64,000 bases of DNA from Veleropilina oligotropha (lineage: Eukaryota), in contig JBEUKZ010000054.1 of NCBI GenBank assembly GCA_048128005.1, forward strand, positions 186,001-250,000. Direction: 5' to 3'. Below, one piece after another: positions 14,143 through 28,016 of the stretch. Within the stretch, counting starts at the first letter, position 1. Every line of letters starts with the position of its first letter. A program made the position numbers and the translations under genes. Under the pieces are notes generated by a model. The model saw only the letters and a program-made list of their open reading frames with translations, did not search any database and had not been told where the DNA came from.

Positions 14143-14667
14143 GTGAATGATAATAGTACTGAATTATATAAGTTATTCCAGATGGAATGATAGGCTCAAT
14201 AATTTATGGTGCTTATATAATGATACAGTTACTAGTCATCAAAGGATTTACAGTTATTTTTAACTGTGATCTTGATGTCACCAAACAATAAAATATATAT
14301 TCAACGAGATTAAATGTCATCAGTGAGAACTACTCACTAGTTCTTGTCAGATCATACGGAACTTTTAATACCAAAAGTGAATACTTCTCAGGAAATCGTA
14401 GTTAGTTGGCTGCATCATTTCATTATGAGGTAGGTCAGCATTGCTGCATTAATTACACTGTGCACTAAGTAGGTGATAATTGGGTGTCTGACTAGTGGCG
14501 TGTCTGACTTGTGGGAGATAACCAATCTAGTCCTTATAATCGCAACACATCACATCAGCGTTCGGCTCTTTATCGTTTTTGAAGATCAATTATACCCGAA
14601 AAAAGGGTAAAAATATGCGTTTGCATATTGATATTTCGGAATTTACAATGTACACAACGAAAAGATA

Positions 14668-15017
14668 ATCCCCACCCTTGACATATACATAATACCATAT
14701 CCCCAGCCTTGACATATACATAATACCATATCCCCAGCCTTGACATATACATAATACCATATCCCCAGCCTTGACATATACATAATACCATAATCCCCAG
14801 CCTTGACATATACATAATACCATATTCCCCAGCCTTGACATATACATAATACCATATTCCCCAGCCTTGACATATACATAATACCATATTCCCCAGCCTT
14901 GACATATACATAATACCATATCCCCAGCCTTGACATATACATAATACCATAATCCCCAGCCTTGACATATACATAATACCATATTCCCCAGCCTTGACAT
15001 ATACATAATACCATATT
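14668..15017. repeat. Minisatellite, 31-32-bp unit, ~11 copies
   Basis: ccccagccttgacatatacataataccatat(t) repeated. Confidence 0.95.
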
Positions 15018-15213
15018 TACCGACAACGGCAATCTTCTGATTTTGATAGAAGAAAAGTTAAATGTGCTAATACAAAAGATAAATATAAGGGCATAGACAA
15101 TGTTTTCATATGGGGATTCATATAATTTTCAGTGATTTATGAATGATAGAAATCATACATTTCATCAAAAGTGGCGTAAAAAAAAATCATACATTTCATC
15201 AAAAGTGGCGTAG

Positions 15214-18026
15214 TCAATACATGTGTAGACAGATCAGCATATAGATGAAACATGTCATCAATGTAGGTGTAAATAGATCGGCATATAGATCAAGTGATGT
15301 CATCAAGGCAGGTGTAGATAGATCGGCATATAGTTCAAATGATGTCATCAATGTAGGTGTAGACAGATCGGCATATAGATGAAATGATGTCATCAATGTA
15401 GGTGTAGACAGATCGGCATATAGATCAAGTGATGTCATCAATGTAGGTGTAGACATATCGGTATATAGATCAAGTGATGTCATCAATGTAGGTGTAGATA
15501 GATCGGCATGTAGATGAAATGATGTCATCAATGTAGGTGTAGACAGATCGGCATGTAGATGAAATGATGTCATCAATATAGGTGTAGACAGATCGGCATA
15601 TAGATCAAGTGATGTCATCAATGTAGTTGTAGACAGATCAGCATATAGATGAAACATGTCATCAATGTAGGTGTAAATAGATCGGCATATATATCAAGTG
15701 ATGTCATCAAGGCAGGTGTAGATAGATCGGCATATAGTTCAAATGATGTCATCAATGTAGGTGTAGACAGATCGGCATATAGATCAAATGATGTCATCAA
15801 TGTAGGTGTAGACAGATCGGCATATAGATGAAATGATGTCATCAATGTAGGTGTAGACAGATCGGCATATAGATCAAGTGATGTCATCAATGTATGTGTA
15901 GACAGATCGGCATGTAGATGAAATGATGTCATCAATGTAGGTGTAGACAGATCGGCATATAGATCGAATGATGTCAACAATGTAGGTGTAGATAGATCGG
16001 CATATAGATGAAATAATGTCATCAATGCAGGTGTAGATAGATCGGCATATAGATCAAGTGATGTCATCAATGCCGGTGTAGACAGATCGGCATATAGATC
16101 AAGTGATGTTATCAATGTAGGTGTAGACAGATCGGCATATAGATCAAGTGCTGTCATCAATGTAGGTGTAGACAGATCGGCATATAGATCAAGTGATGTC
16201 ATCAATGTAGGTGTAGACAGATCGGCATGTAGATTAAATGATGTCATCAATGTAGGTGTAGACAGATCGGCATATAGATCGAATGATGTCAACAATGTAG
16301 GTGTAGATAGATCGGCATATAGATGAAATAATGTCATCAATGCAGGTGTAGATAGATCGGCATATAGATCAAGTGATGTCATCAATGCCGGTGTAGACAG
16401 ATCGGCATATAGATGAAATGATGTCATCCATGCAGGTGTAGATAGATCGGCATATAGATCAAGTGATGTCATCAATGTAGGTGTAGACAGATCGGCATAT
16501 GGATCAAGTGATGTCATCAATGTAGGAGTAGACAGATCGGCATATAGATCAAGTGATGTCATCAATGCAGGTGAAGGTAGATTGGCATATAGATCAAGGG
16601 ATGTCATCAATGTAGGTGTAGACAGATCGGCATATAGATCAAGTGATGTCATCAATGTAGGTGTAGACAGATCGGCATATAGATCAAGTGATGTCATCAA
16701 TGTAGGAGTACACAGATCGGCATATAGATCAAGTGATGTCATCAATGCAGGTGAAGGTAGATTGGCATATAGATCAAGGGATGTCATCAATGTAGGTGTA
16801 GACAGATCGGCATATAGATCAAGTGATGTCATCAATGTAGGTGTAGACAGATCGGCATATAGATCAAGTGATGTCATCAATGTAGGAGTAGACAGATCGG
16901 CATATAGATCAAGTGATGTCATCAATGCAGGTGACGGTAGATTGGCATATAGATCAAGTGATGTCATCAATGTAGGAGTAGACAGATCGGCATATAGATC
17001 AAGGGATGTCATCAATGTAGGTGTAGACAGATCGGCATATAGATCAAGTGATGTCATCAATGTAGGTGTAGAGAGATCGGCATATAGATCAAGTGATGTC
17101 ATCAATGTAGGAGTAGACAGATCGGCATATAGATCAAGTGATGTCATCAATATAGGAGTAGATAGATCGTCATATAGATCAAGTGATGTCATCAATGTAT
17201 GAGCAAATAGATCGGCATATAGATCAAGTGATGTCATCAATGTAGGTGTAGACAGATCGGCATATATATCAAGTGATGTCATCAATGTAGGAGTAGACAG
17301 ATCGGCATATAGATAAAATGATGTCATCAATGTAGATGTAGATATATCGGCATATAGATCAAGTGATGTCACCAATGCAGGTGTAGACAGATCGGCATAT
17401 AGATCAAGTGATGTCATCAATGTAGGAGTAGACAGATCGTCATATAGATAAAATGATGTCAACAATGTAGGTGTAGATAGATCGGCATATAGATGAAATG
17501 ATGGCATCAATGTAGGTGTACTTAGATCGGCATATAGATCAAGTGATGTCATCAATGCAGGTGTAGACAGATCGGCATATAGATCAAATGATGTCATCAA
17601 TATAGGAGTAGATAGATCGGCATATAGATGAAATGATGTCATCAATGTAGGTGTAGACAGATCGGCATATAGATCAACTGATGTCATCAATGTAGGTGTA
17701 GATAGATCGGCGTGATCAAGTGATGTCATCAATGTAGGAGTAGATAGATCGGCATGTAGATGAACTGATGTCATCAATGTAGGTGTAGATTGATCGGCAT
17801 ATAGAACGAGTGATGTCATCAATGTAGGTGTAGACAGATCGGCATATAGATCAAGTGCTGTCATCAATGTAGGTGTAGACAGATCGGCATATAGATCGAG
17901 TGATGTCATCAATGTAAGTGTAGATAGATCAGCATATAGATGAAATGATGTCATCAATGCAGGTGTAGATAGATCGGCATATAGATCAAGTGATGTCATC
18001 AATGTATGAGCAGATAGATCGGCATA
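15214..18026. repeat. Minisatellite, 45-bp unit, ~62 copies (left block)
   Basis: atcaatgtaggtgtagacagatcggcatatagatcaagtgatgtc repeated. Confidence 0.97.
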
Positions 18027-19698
18027 TTAAATAGATTAAATAGAATTTGTTTGGGTTTAGAAAGCACATTACTGTAACTCATATAAAAGCCCATTGAAGT
18101 TGTCTTGTCCTCTATAACATGCCCTGCTTCTTCAAATGGTCATCTAGGCGATTTTTAAATTGGTTTACAGATGTTGATTCCACTACATTATTAGGAAGAG
18201 CATTCCATTCATCGACAACCTGATTTGAGAAAAAGTGTTTTCTAACGTCAAGTCGGAATCGCTTTTTGGAAATCTTGTATTGATGCCCCCTGGTATGTCT
18301 TTGGTTCATCTGAAAAAAAAACTATTGTCAACGTTGTCGTTTCCTGTAAACATTTTAAACTCCTGAATCACATCACCTCTTATCATTCTTAAAGATAATG
18401 TTGTGAGGTTCAGTGCTCTTAGGCTGTCCTCATATGGCAATTCCCATTATTCTCCTACCAATTTTGTGGCTCTTCTTTGAACTTGTTCTAGAATATTGAT
18501 ATCCTTTGTAAGATATGGACACCATGCTTGCATTTGCATATTCTAAATGCGGTCTAACCATTTGCTTATATAGGCGAGTTATGATGGCTTTAGATTTAAA
18601 ATTAAAGTTTCTCTTTATCATTCCCAATATTTGATTTCCCTTTTTGGCTGACTCTGCACATTGATTTGATGGTTTGAATGTCTTGTCTACCCATACACCC
18701 AAATCTTTTTCTTTGGCCACTTCTTGTAAAGTTTCTGAACCCATTTCATAATTATAGGTATTGTTGTTATAACCCACATGCATTACTTTACATTTATTGG
18801 TGTTGAAAAGCATTTGCCAATCCTCACACCATTTTATCACATTATTTAACTCACTTTTAAGTTTCTTTGCAACATCTTCATTTTCGATAATTCTGTACAA
18901 TTTGGTATCATCTGCAAACTATTTTACTAGAGATGTAATGACGTCATCAATATCATTTAAATATATGAGAAATAACAATGGTCCCAAAACAGAACCTCGT
19001 TGGACTCCACTTAGTACCGGTTCCCACTTTGACTTTATCCCATTTATTACAACCCTCAGTTTTCTATTTGCTATCCACTTACATATCCAATTTAGTATTG
19101 GGCCTTTAATGCCATGGTTACTTAATGTTTGTAATAGTCGTCTATGTGGTACTTTATCGAATGCTTTCTGAAAATCAAGATATATAATATCAACCGTGTC
19201 AATTGCACTTGTTACATCTTCAATAAATTCCAGTAAATTTGTTAAACAAGATATTTTCTCCATAAATCCATGCTGACTAAGGTTCAGAAGGCCAAATTTA
19301 TTTATTTGTTTTAAAATAGCATCCTTTAAGATAGATTCCATGCTTTTACCTACTATTGATGTCAGACTAATAGGTCGATAATTTTGGGTATTTGATCGAC
19401 TACCCTTTTAAAAGATTGGGGTAATATTTCCAGTTTTCCAGTCATCAGGCAACCTGCCTTCTTGTAGAGTTTTATTGAATATCAGGGCTAATGGCTTTGC
19501 TAATTCATCCTTACCGTATTTTAGCAATTTGGGATATATGTTGTCGGGACCTGGAGCTTTACTGACATTTAGTAAGCTTATCTTTTTTTCAACCATTTCC
19601 GTAGTAATTTCAATACTTTCACAAAAAATTTCATGATCTTCATAAATATGTTTTACCGGTGGAATGTTTACCGTGTCCTCAAGCGTATAAACAGATGC
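18027..19698 (-). mobile_element. CR1 LINE, 5'-truncated, inserted in the 45-bp array
   Basis: [84 protein letters not shown]; 3' tail (tctatttaa)n; frameshifts. Confidence 0.93.
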
Positions 19699-19968
19699 AT
19701 GTCATCAATGTAGGTGTAGATTGATCGGTATATAGATGAAATGATGTCATCAATGTAGGTGTAGATAGATCGTCATTTTGATCAAACGATGTCATCAATG
19801 TAGGTGTAGATAGATCGTCATAAAGATCAAATGATGTCATCAATGTAGGTGTAGATAGATCGTAATAATATATCAACTGATGTCGTCAATGTAGGTGTAG
19901 ATAGATCGGCATATAGATGAAATGATGTCACCAATGCAGGTGTAGATAGATCGGCATATATAGATCAA
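19699..19968. repeat. 45-bp minisatellite, right block (~6 copies)
   Basis: Same unit as 15214-18026 resuming after the CR1. Confidence 0.92.
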
Positions 19969-20002
19969 GAAATATTGGCGGTGAAGTTAAATTCATTGAC
20001 GC

Positions 20003-21717
20003 TTATTAGGGCTTCAAGATCTTTCAAGCTTGAAGCCCTATTGAAATTGTACCGGTTATTATTCTTATTCTGACGTTTTTTTGTGGGCACTTTAGCGCGA
20101 AAACGGCTATAGCTACAGCTTTCAAAATTCATGTGTGCTTGGGCACATCATTGAAGCATTGCCTCGTTCTATTTTCAAGTTTCGGGATTTTATGCTTTGG
20201 TCGTAATCTTCAATTTTGTAAAAAAATATGACCTCTTTTCAAAAACGATATAAGTCTTACACGGCTTTCGAGATCGAGACAAAATCTTCAAAGGCAGGAT
20301 CTAGACTATTGAGACAACAATCTCCTGGAAATGAAATTTTCATTTTTTCAATGCTAAGATCGCTACGGGCGTCCTAATCTTGACAAAATTAAAAATGACC
20401 TCTTTTCAAAAACGATATAAGTCTTACACGGCTTTCGAGATCGAGACAAAATCTTCAAAGGCATGATCTAGACTATTGAGACAACAATCTCTTGGAAATG
20501 AAATTTTCATTTTTTCAATGCTAAGATCGCTACGGGCGTCCTAATCTTGACGAAATTTTGAAGTTTTTTCAATTTTTCATTTCTGCAGTATCTTTCAATG
20601 CACTCCACGAAATCTTTCCAATCTTCCAGGGTGAGTGCGCATCGATATCAAGTAATGTTTGCCGCAAAATTTTAGCCAATAAATGCCATGGTTTCGTCGC
20701 AATCTTTGATTTTTTGAAAACATTAAAATGCGCTTTTCTCAGAACTGAGTAGCGTGATCTTATCGACACTTGGTAGTTTTGACAAAGCATATATCGGTAT
20801 ATGTTGTTCTAATGGAATACTTTGTGAGACAAATTAAAAAGGAGTTATGAAGACATTAAATTTAATATTAAATTGACTGTAACTTCTTTAATTTTCATTT
20901 ATATGAAACGTGACGCAATTCATTTTATTCGTATCGAAAATATCTAATGTAATATCTATAGAATACATCGCTAAAATGAGTTGCTTGAGAGTTATTAGAC
21001 TTAGTTTTTTTAGATGAATATTGCTTCATAGCGCCTCTAAAAATCGTCCTTTTTCTTCCAGATTTTCGCATAAAATATACTATATAAAGATCGTTATATT
21101 AGAGAATTGTGACAAGAATACAATAAGTACTTTCATTGTTTAAAAAATACTATTTTAATTCCTCGTCTCATTTCGGCGCGACCAGCTCAGTGCTAATTGC
21201 CTTATCAGATGAAGTAGGCAGTTTATGAGCATGTCTCTTTGAGGTGTCATAAAGCCGCGCGGCAACCCTGTCCAGTGGACAGCAAGGCCCTTGAGAAGTT
21301 CTGCTATCAGGCTTAAGTAAACATTTAGCCAACAGAAGGCTACATGATTCATTAACTGTTAATATATGGTGAAAACATTGATATTCTGTTGGTCAGTCCA
21401 GTTGCGCATTCATTATTATAGATACTTCTTAATTTCCATCATAGGTTAATGCACAAGATAATAGATTTCATAGCATCTAGGTTTCAAAATTTTCCGGCCC
21501 CCCTAGCACTTTCGGCGTAGAAATCTAAGATTGGCGGCATTCGATTCAGAGTGGCCATATGTATATCTTAAAATATAAAAAATATTTTTTTAAATTTAGT
21601 ATTTTTTTGTAATTTTTTTTTTTTTTTAAAATTAAACTTTTTTTTTTTTTTTGTATTTTACGTCTTTTTTTTATTTCGTTTATCTGATTGAAGCCCTCAC
21701 AGCTGCTCGCAGCTTTA
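20003..21717 (+). mobile_element. Non-autonomous Helentron-type element (HINE/DINE-1-like)
   Basis: 5' hairpin tagggcttcaag(20007-18)/cttgaagcccta(20029-40); 3' subterminal ttgaagccct (21688-97) followed by palindrome agctgctcgcagct and T-run; internal 167-bp tandem pair (~20226-20559). Confidence 0.75.
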
Positions 21718-21932
21718 ATTTGTACATTTTAATTTGTATTATATTTAACTTAGCCTACTTTAAGTGAAGATTGGCCTGTTCCGTGTTTAAGATATACTTA
21801 GTCGAGTGGGAAAGAATGCGAACTCCGAATTCACATGATTGACTGCTCTGTCTAACCACTCCAGGAAAATACATATCAGCCAATCAGATCACTGCATTTA
21901 ATCAGCCCTGAGAAGCTAATCGGAAATCGCCA

Positions 21933-22825
21933 TAGACTTGGACAAACAACAGCCGTGCGTTCAGGATGAAAAACGTTTGTCTATACACAAAACGTTTTGC
22001 GTTTTGTCGTTCAACTAGCAGAGCGCTTTCTGAAAACGTTTTGCACACGGCGTGCAGCCTTCGTAGGTTACACGCCGCGCGACCAAGATGGCGGACGATA
22101 GACCGATTGTGAATAAAGGACTGAATGTCAAATTTATTTTGCGACATTTGCATGCACAAACTATTAATCAGAGTCTTAATCGAAATAGTATGTAAATTAA
22201 GAAGAAAATAATTTAATTTAAAGTTTCTACTGATAGCTTTTGGTGCTTTACCACTTGTTTATATGCTGTATTCGACAAATTCTAGCAAGGGCAGATAACT
22301 ACGCAATTCAGCGATTTGCATTGGAATGTATGAAAATATGATGTAACCAATGATAATGACCGATATGTCAAGCAACGGCTGGTGACGCGAAAGGAAACAA
22401 TTTTATATCGAATGTCGCTGCTATTTATAGTTGATCGTTGTACTAACAATCGGATTTTACAAGAATTGTCGATGTTGTCGTTGTGAATTTCTATAATAAT
22501 TTTATTTATTTAATCAAAATTTCGGTAATACGGTACGAAAGTGTCCATATATAGCCTTCGACTAGAATTGATGTGTCCCGTAATGATAAACACGGACCAG
22601 CTCTAATAGCATGGAAGCTCCCTAATTGATGGATTGGCAGGCGTAAAGGTGTTATCATTAGCACATTCGTTGATCGGTAAATCAAGTCGATAAAGTCGGC
22701 CATTTTGGAAAACGTTTTCAACACCAAAGAGCGTTCATAAAGCGTGTAAAGCGCTTTTGAAAAAGGTTTTGCTTGAAAGTCTATCGTGAACGCACGGCAG
22801 CGGTCTTGAAGTTGTCCGAGTGCTA
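21933..22825. mobile_element. Degenerate MITE
   Basis: Imperfect terminal inverted similarity tagacttggacaa..gccgtgcgttca / tgaacgcacggc..ttgtccgagtgcta, plus inner caagatggcg / cggccattttg. Confidence 0.5.
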
Positions 22826-24199
22826 AAATTGCGTATATTATAGCGTTGTTATTAAGGTATTTGATGTTTAATGATTATTATCATTAAAAAAGTATTTGGC
22901 AAATAAAGTAATTGCATTACACATTTGTGTAGCGAACATAGAGATATAACACAATAACTAATTAAGGGATATTATCGGTTACACAATATAATAATATATT
23001 TACAATAGCTATCGAGGGTCGGGTCCTGACTACTAGTAACTGTTAAATTACACAAAATACATGGTTTAAGAGGTATAGTTGACAATTATCCAGAGGCATA
23101 TCTCAATCAGGATCACCAGTTTTAGCCAAGTTAGATCAGAACACAACAAACATATATAGGCCTACACCTACATGGCATAAACAATGACGTATAGCCAATA
23201 CGAGGGTAGGGGGGCAGGCCTACGAACAACCCTCTGTGACTCGTACAGAGTGGTAAAAATGGTCAAAATTTCTGGTAATAAATATCGTATTTACACATTC
23301 AGAACGCAGGAGATCGGGTTTCATGCCATAAATTATTTGTCAAAACTCCGTCCGCCTCACTCCACGTGGACAGTCGATAGTATTATATATATATATATAT
23401 ATATTGACAACGTTGTACCCCATTTCAGCATGTTCTAATCTACACTCGATTAAATCGACTCGGCTGTTGTCCAGGAAAATGTAACGACGATTTATTTAAC
23501 ATTATTTGAATCAAATGATAAATTTTATCAAAGGTGTCTCTCTAGTATAGTGGTGGCCAGGTCCCAGCTTAATTACGATAATACTTAAATAGGCAGCTAT
23601 AATATCAATTTCAAGTTGTCGGTATTGTTATTATGTAGACAATATATTGACCGCATGTGCATTTTAACAACATGCAAATGGAAACACTCATTTGTTTTAA
23701 GTTAATTGACTCTATCGAGTAGAATCATTTGTGTTTATAAGCTTAACTATTGAAAACGTAGGCCTAATTGTCGTCATTTAAATACTAGTAGTTGGATGTC
23801 AGTAATGGAAGTCAAATGGATACGAAAATATTTCTTCATGAATTGCCCAGTCACTTTATTTAGCGATTACGCTAACTTAAACCACTTTTAATAAAAGGTT
23901 GCATATTATTTTCTTCTCCTTAATTCAGCTTGAATGCCATTGTCGCGGTTGATTTCTCCGTCTGTATATTTTAACATTTTACGTCCATATTCAAATAAAT
24001 CCAAATAGTAAATTACCTATCGTATGTTGGGTTGTTCAAATTTCTTATTTAACGGATAATTTGTGTATTAAATCCTTAAAATCTACCACATTGGGGTGTT
24101 AATTGGGGTACATCCTTGTCCAAAAGTCAGTAACTCAATAGGCATAAGTAACATTATGTCCGGGGGAGCCCTGTCAGCGAGTTACGTGACTATAGGCTT

Positions 24200-24352
24200 G
24201 ACGTCGTTGTATCAATATGAAGTCGTCTTAACAATCAGTGCTGACCTGCGAGGGTAGGTTTTCCTGGACGACTGGGCTTCTCTCCTACGATAATACGGGC
24301 ATATCCTTGATTGAACCTGAGGGTTGTTAAAGTCAGGACATCAAGCATCGGT
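24200..24352 (+). mobile_element. Diverged SINE fragment (core and 3' end)
   Basis: gagggtaggttttcctggacgactgg...ttgaacct...caggacatcaagcat, similar to 55379-55478. Confidence 0.55.
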
Positions 24353-24373
24353 CATAATCCAAATGGCATAGGT

Positions 24374-27300
24374 ACTTATGCGCATTGTATGATTATTGTT
24401 TCTGCTTGTCTATACTGCGCATTGTATGAGTATTGTTTCTGCTTGTCTAGACTTATGCGCATTGTATGAATATTATTCAGTTTGTATGTACTGCCCATTG
24501 TATGATTATTGTTTCTGCTTGTCTATACTGCGCATTGTATGATTATTGTTCTGTTTGTCTATACTTATGCGCATTGTATGGTTATTGTTCTGTTTGTCTA
24601 TACTTATGCGCATTGTATGGTTATTGTTCTGCTTGTCTATACTTATGCGCATTGTATGGTTATTGTTTTGTTTGTCTAGACTTATGCGCATTGTATGAAT
24701 ATTATTCAGTTTGTATATACTGCGCATTGTATGATTATTGTTTCTGCTTGTCTAGACTTATGCGCATTGTATGAATATTATTCAGTTTGTATATACTGCG
24801 CATTGTATGATTATTGTTTCTGCTTGTCTATACTGCGCATTGTATGATTATTGTTCTGCTTGTCTATACTGCGCATTGTATGATTATTGTTCTGTTTGTC
24901 TATTCTTATGCGCATTGTATGGTTATTGTTCTGTTTGTCTATTCTTATGCGCATTGTATGATTATTGTTTCTGATTTTCTATACTGCGCATTGTATGGTT
25001 ATTGTTCTGTTTGTCTATACTTATGCGCATTGTATGGTTATTGTTCTGCTTGTCTATACTTATGCGCATTGTATGCTTATTGTTCTGTTTGTCTATACTG
25101 CGCATTGTATGATTATTGTTTCTGCTTGTCTAGATTTATGCGCATTGTATGAATATTATTCAGTTTGTATATACTGCGCATTGTATGATTATTGTTTCTG
25201 CTTGTCTATGCTGCGCATTGTATGATTATTGTTCTGATTGTCTATACTTATGCGCATTGTATGGTTATTGTTCTGTTTGTCTATACTTATGCGCATTGTA
25301 TGAATATTGTTCTGTTTGTCTATACTTATGCGAATTGTATGGTTATTGTTTCTGCTTGTCTATACTTATGCGCATTGTATGGTTATTGTTTCTGCGTGTC
25401 TATACTGCGCATTTTATGATTATTGTTTCTGCTTGTCTATACTTATGCGCATTGTATGATTATTGTTTCTGTTTGTCTATACTTATGCGCATTTTATGGT
25501 TATTGTTTCTGCTTGTCTATACTTATGCGCATTGTATGATTATTGTTCTGCTTGTCTATACTTATGCGAATTGTATGGTTATTGTTTCTGCTTGTCTATG
25601 CTTATGCGCATTGTATGATTATTGTTTCTACTTGTCTATACTGCGCATTGTATGATTATTGTTCTGCTTGTCTATACTGCGCATTGTATGATTATTGTTC
25701 TGTTTGTCTATTCTTATGCGCATTGTATGGTTATTGTTCTGTTTGTCTATTCTTATGCGCATTGTATGATTATTGTTTCTGCTTTTCTATACTGCGCATT
25801 GTATGGTTATTGTTCTACTTATGCGCATTGTATGGTTATTGTTCTGCTTGTCTATACTTATGCGCATTGTATGCTTATTGTTCTGTTTGTCTATACTGCG
25901 CATTGTATGATTATTGTTTCTGCTTGTCTAGATTTATGCGCATTGTATGAATATTATTCAGTTTGTATATACTGCGCATTGTATGATTATTGTTTCTGCT
26001 TGTCTATGCTGCGCATTGTATGATTATTGTTCTGCTTGTCTATACTTATGCGCATTGTATGGTTATTGTTCTGTTTGTCTATACTTATGCGCATTGTATG
26101 AATATTGTTCTGTTTGTCTATTCTTATGCGAATTGTATGGTTATTGTTTCTGCTTGTCTATACTTATGCGCATTGTATGGTTATTGTTTCTGCGTGTCTA
26201 TTCTGCGCATTTTATGATTATTGTTTCTGCTTGTCTATACTTATGCGCATTGTATGATTATTGTTTCTGTTTGTCTATACTTATGCGCATTTTATGGTTA
26301 TTGTTTCTGCTTGTCTATACTTATGCGCATTGTATGATTATTGTTCTGCTTGTCTATACTTATGCGAATTGTATGGTTATTGTTTCTGCTTGTCTATGCT
26401 TATGCGCATTGTATGATTATTGTTTCTGCTTGTCTATACTGCTCATTGTATGGTTATTGTTTCTGCTTGTCTATACTTATGAGCATTGTATGGTTATTGT
26501 TCTGCTTGTCTTTGCTTATGCGCATTGTATGGTTATTGTTTCTGCTTGTCTATACTGCGCATTGTATGATTATTGTTTCTGTTTGTCTATACTTATGCGC
26601 ATTGTATGATTATTGTTCTGCTTGTCTATATTTATGCGAATTGTATGGTTATTTTTTCTGCTTGTCTATACTTATGCGCATTGTATGATTATTGTTTCTG
26701 CGTGTCTATGCTGCGCATTTTATGGGTATTGTTTCTGCTTGTCTATACTTATGCGCATTGTATGTTTATTGTTTCTGTTTGTCTATTCTTATGCGCATTG
26801 TATGATTATTGTTCTGTTTGTCTATACTTATGCGCATTGTATGGTTATTGTTCTGTTTGTCTATACTTATGCGCATTGTATGATTATTGTTTCTGTTTGT
26901 CTATTCTTATGCGCATTGTATGATTATTGTTTCTGCTTGTCTATACTTATGCGCATTGTATGGTTATTGTTCTGTTTGTCTATACTTATGCGCATTGTAT
27001 GATTATTGTTTCTGCTTGTCTATTCTTGTGCGCATTGTATGATTATTGTTCTGTTTGTCTATACTTATGCGCATTGTATGGTTATTGTTCTTTTTGTCTA
27101 TACTTATGCGCATTTTATGGTTATTGTTTCTGTTTGTCTATTCTTATGCGCATTGTATGATTATTGTTTCTGCTTGTCTATACTTATGCGCATTGTATGG
27201 TTATTGTTCTGTTTGTCTACACTTATGCGCATTGTATGGTTATTGTTCTGTTTGTCTACACTTATGCGCATTGTATGAATATTATTCAGTTTGTATGTAC

Positions 27301-28014
27301 TGCGCATTGTATGATTATTGTTTCTGCTTGTCTATGCTGCGCATTGTATGATTATTGTTCTGCTTGTCTATGCTGCGCATTGTATGGTTATTGTTCTGTT
27401 TGTCTATACTTATGCGCATTGTATGGGTATTGTTCTGTTTGTCTATACTGATGCGCATTGTATGGTTATTGTTTCTGCTTGTCTATACTGATGCGCATTG
27501 TATGGGTATTGTTCTGTTTGTCTATACTGATGCGCATTGTATGGGTATTGTTCTGTTTGTCTATACTGATGCGCATTGTATGGTTATTGTTTCTGCGTGT
27601 CTATGCTGCGCATTGTATGATTATTGTTTCTGCTTGTCTATACTTATGCCCATTGTTTGATTATTGTTCTGTTTGTCTATTCTTAAGCGCATTGTATGAT
27701 TATTGTTCTGTTTGTCTATTCTTAAGCGCATTGTATGATTATTGTTTGGGTTTGTCTATACTTATGCGCATTGTATGATTATTGTTCTGCTTGTCTATAC
27801 TGCGCATTGTATGATTATTGTTCTGTTTGTCTATACTGCGCATTGTATGATTATTGTTCTGTTTGTCCATACTTATGCGCATTGTATGTTTATTGTTCTG
27901 TTTGTCTATACTTAAGCGCATTGTATGATTATTGTTTGGGTTTGTCTATACTTATGCGCATTGTATGATTATTGTTCTGCTTGTCTATGCTGCGCATTGT
28001 ATGGTTATTGTTTC
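24374..28014. repeat. Minisatellite, 36-40-bp unit, ~95 copies
   Basis: (tta)tgcgcattgtatg(a/g)ttattgtt(t)ctg(c/t)ttgtctatac repeated. Confidence 0.97.
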
Positions 28015-28016
28015 GG

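Larger units (their letters stand above)
12975..14523 (-). mobile_element. MULE/Mutator-like transposon, internally deleted
   Basis: ~41-bp imperfect TIRs (ggtaccctcccataagtcagaca.. / ..tgtctgacttgtgggagataacc); 8-bp TSD AATCTAGT at 12967-12974 and 14524-14531. Confidence 0.88.

Noticed and set aside
15618..18002. 794-aa minus-strand ORF
   Set aside because: Pure 45-bp repeat translation; the array is interrupted by a LINE.
24466..27968. Cys/Tyr-rich overlapping ORFs resembling keratin-associated or metallothionein proteins
   Set aside because: Occur in all frames with constant frameshifts from unit indels.
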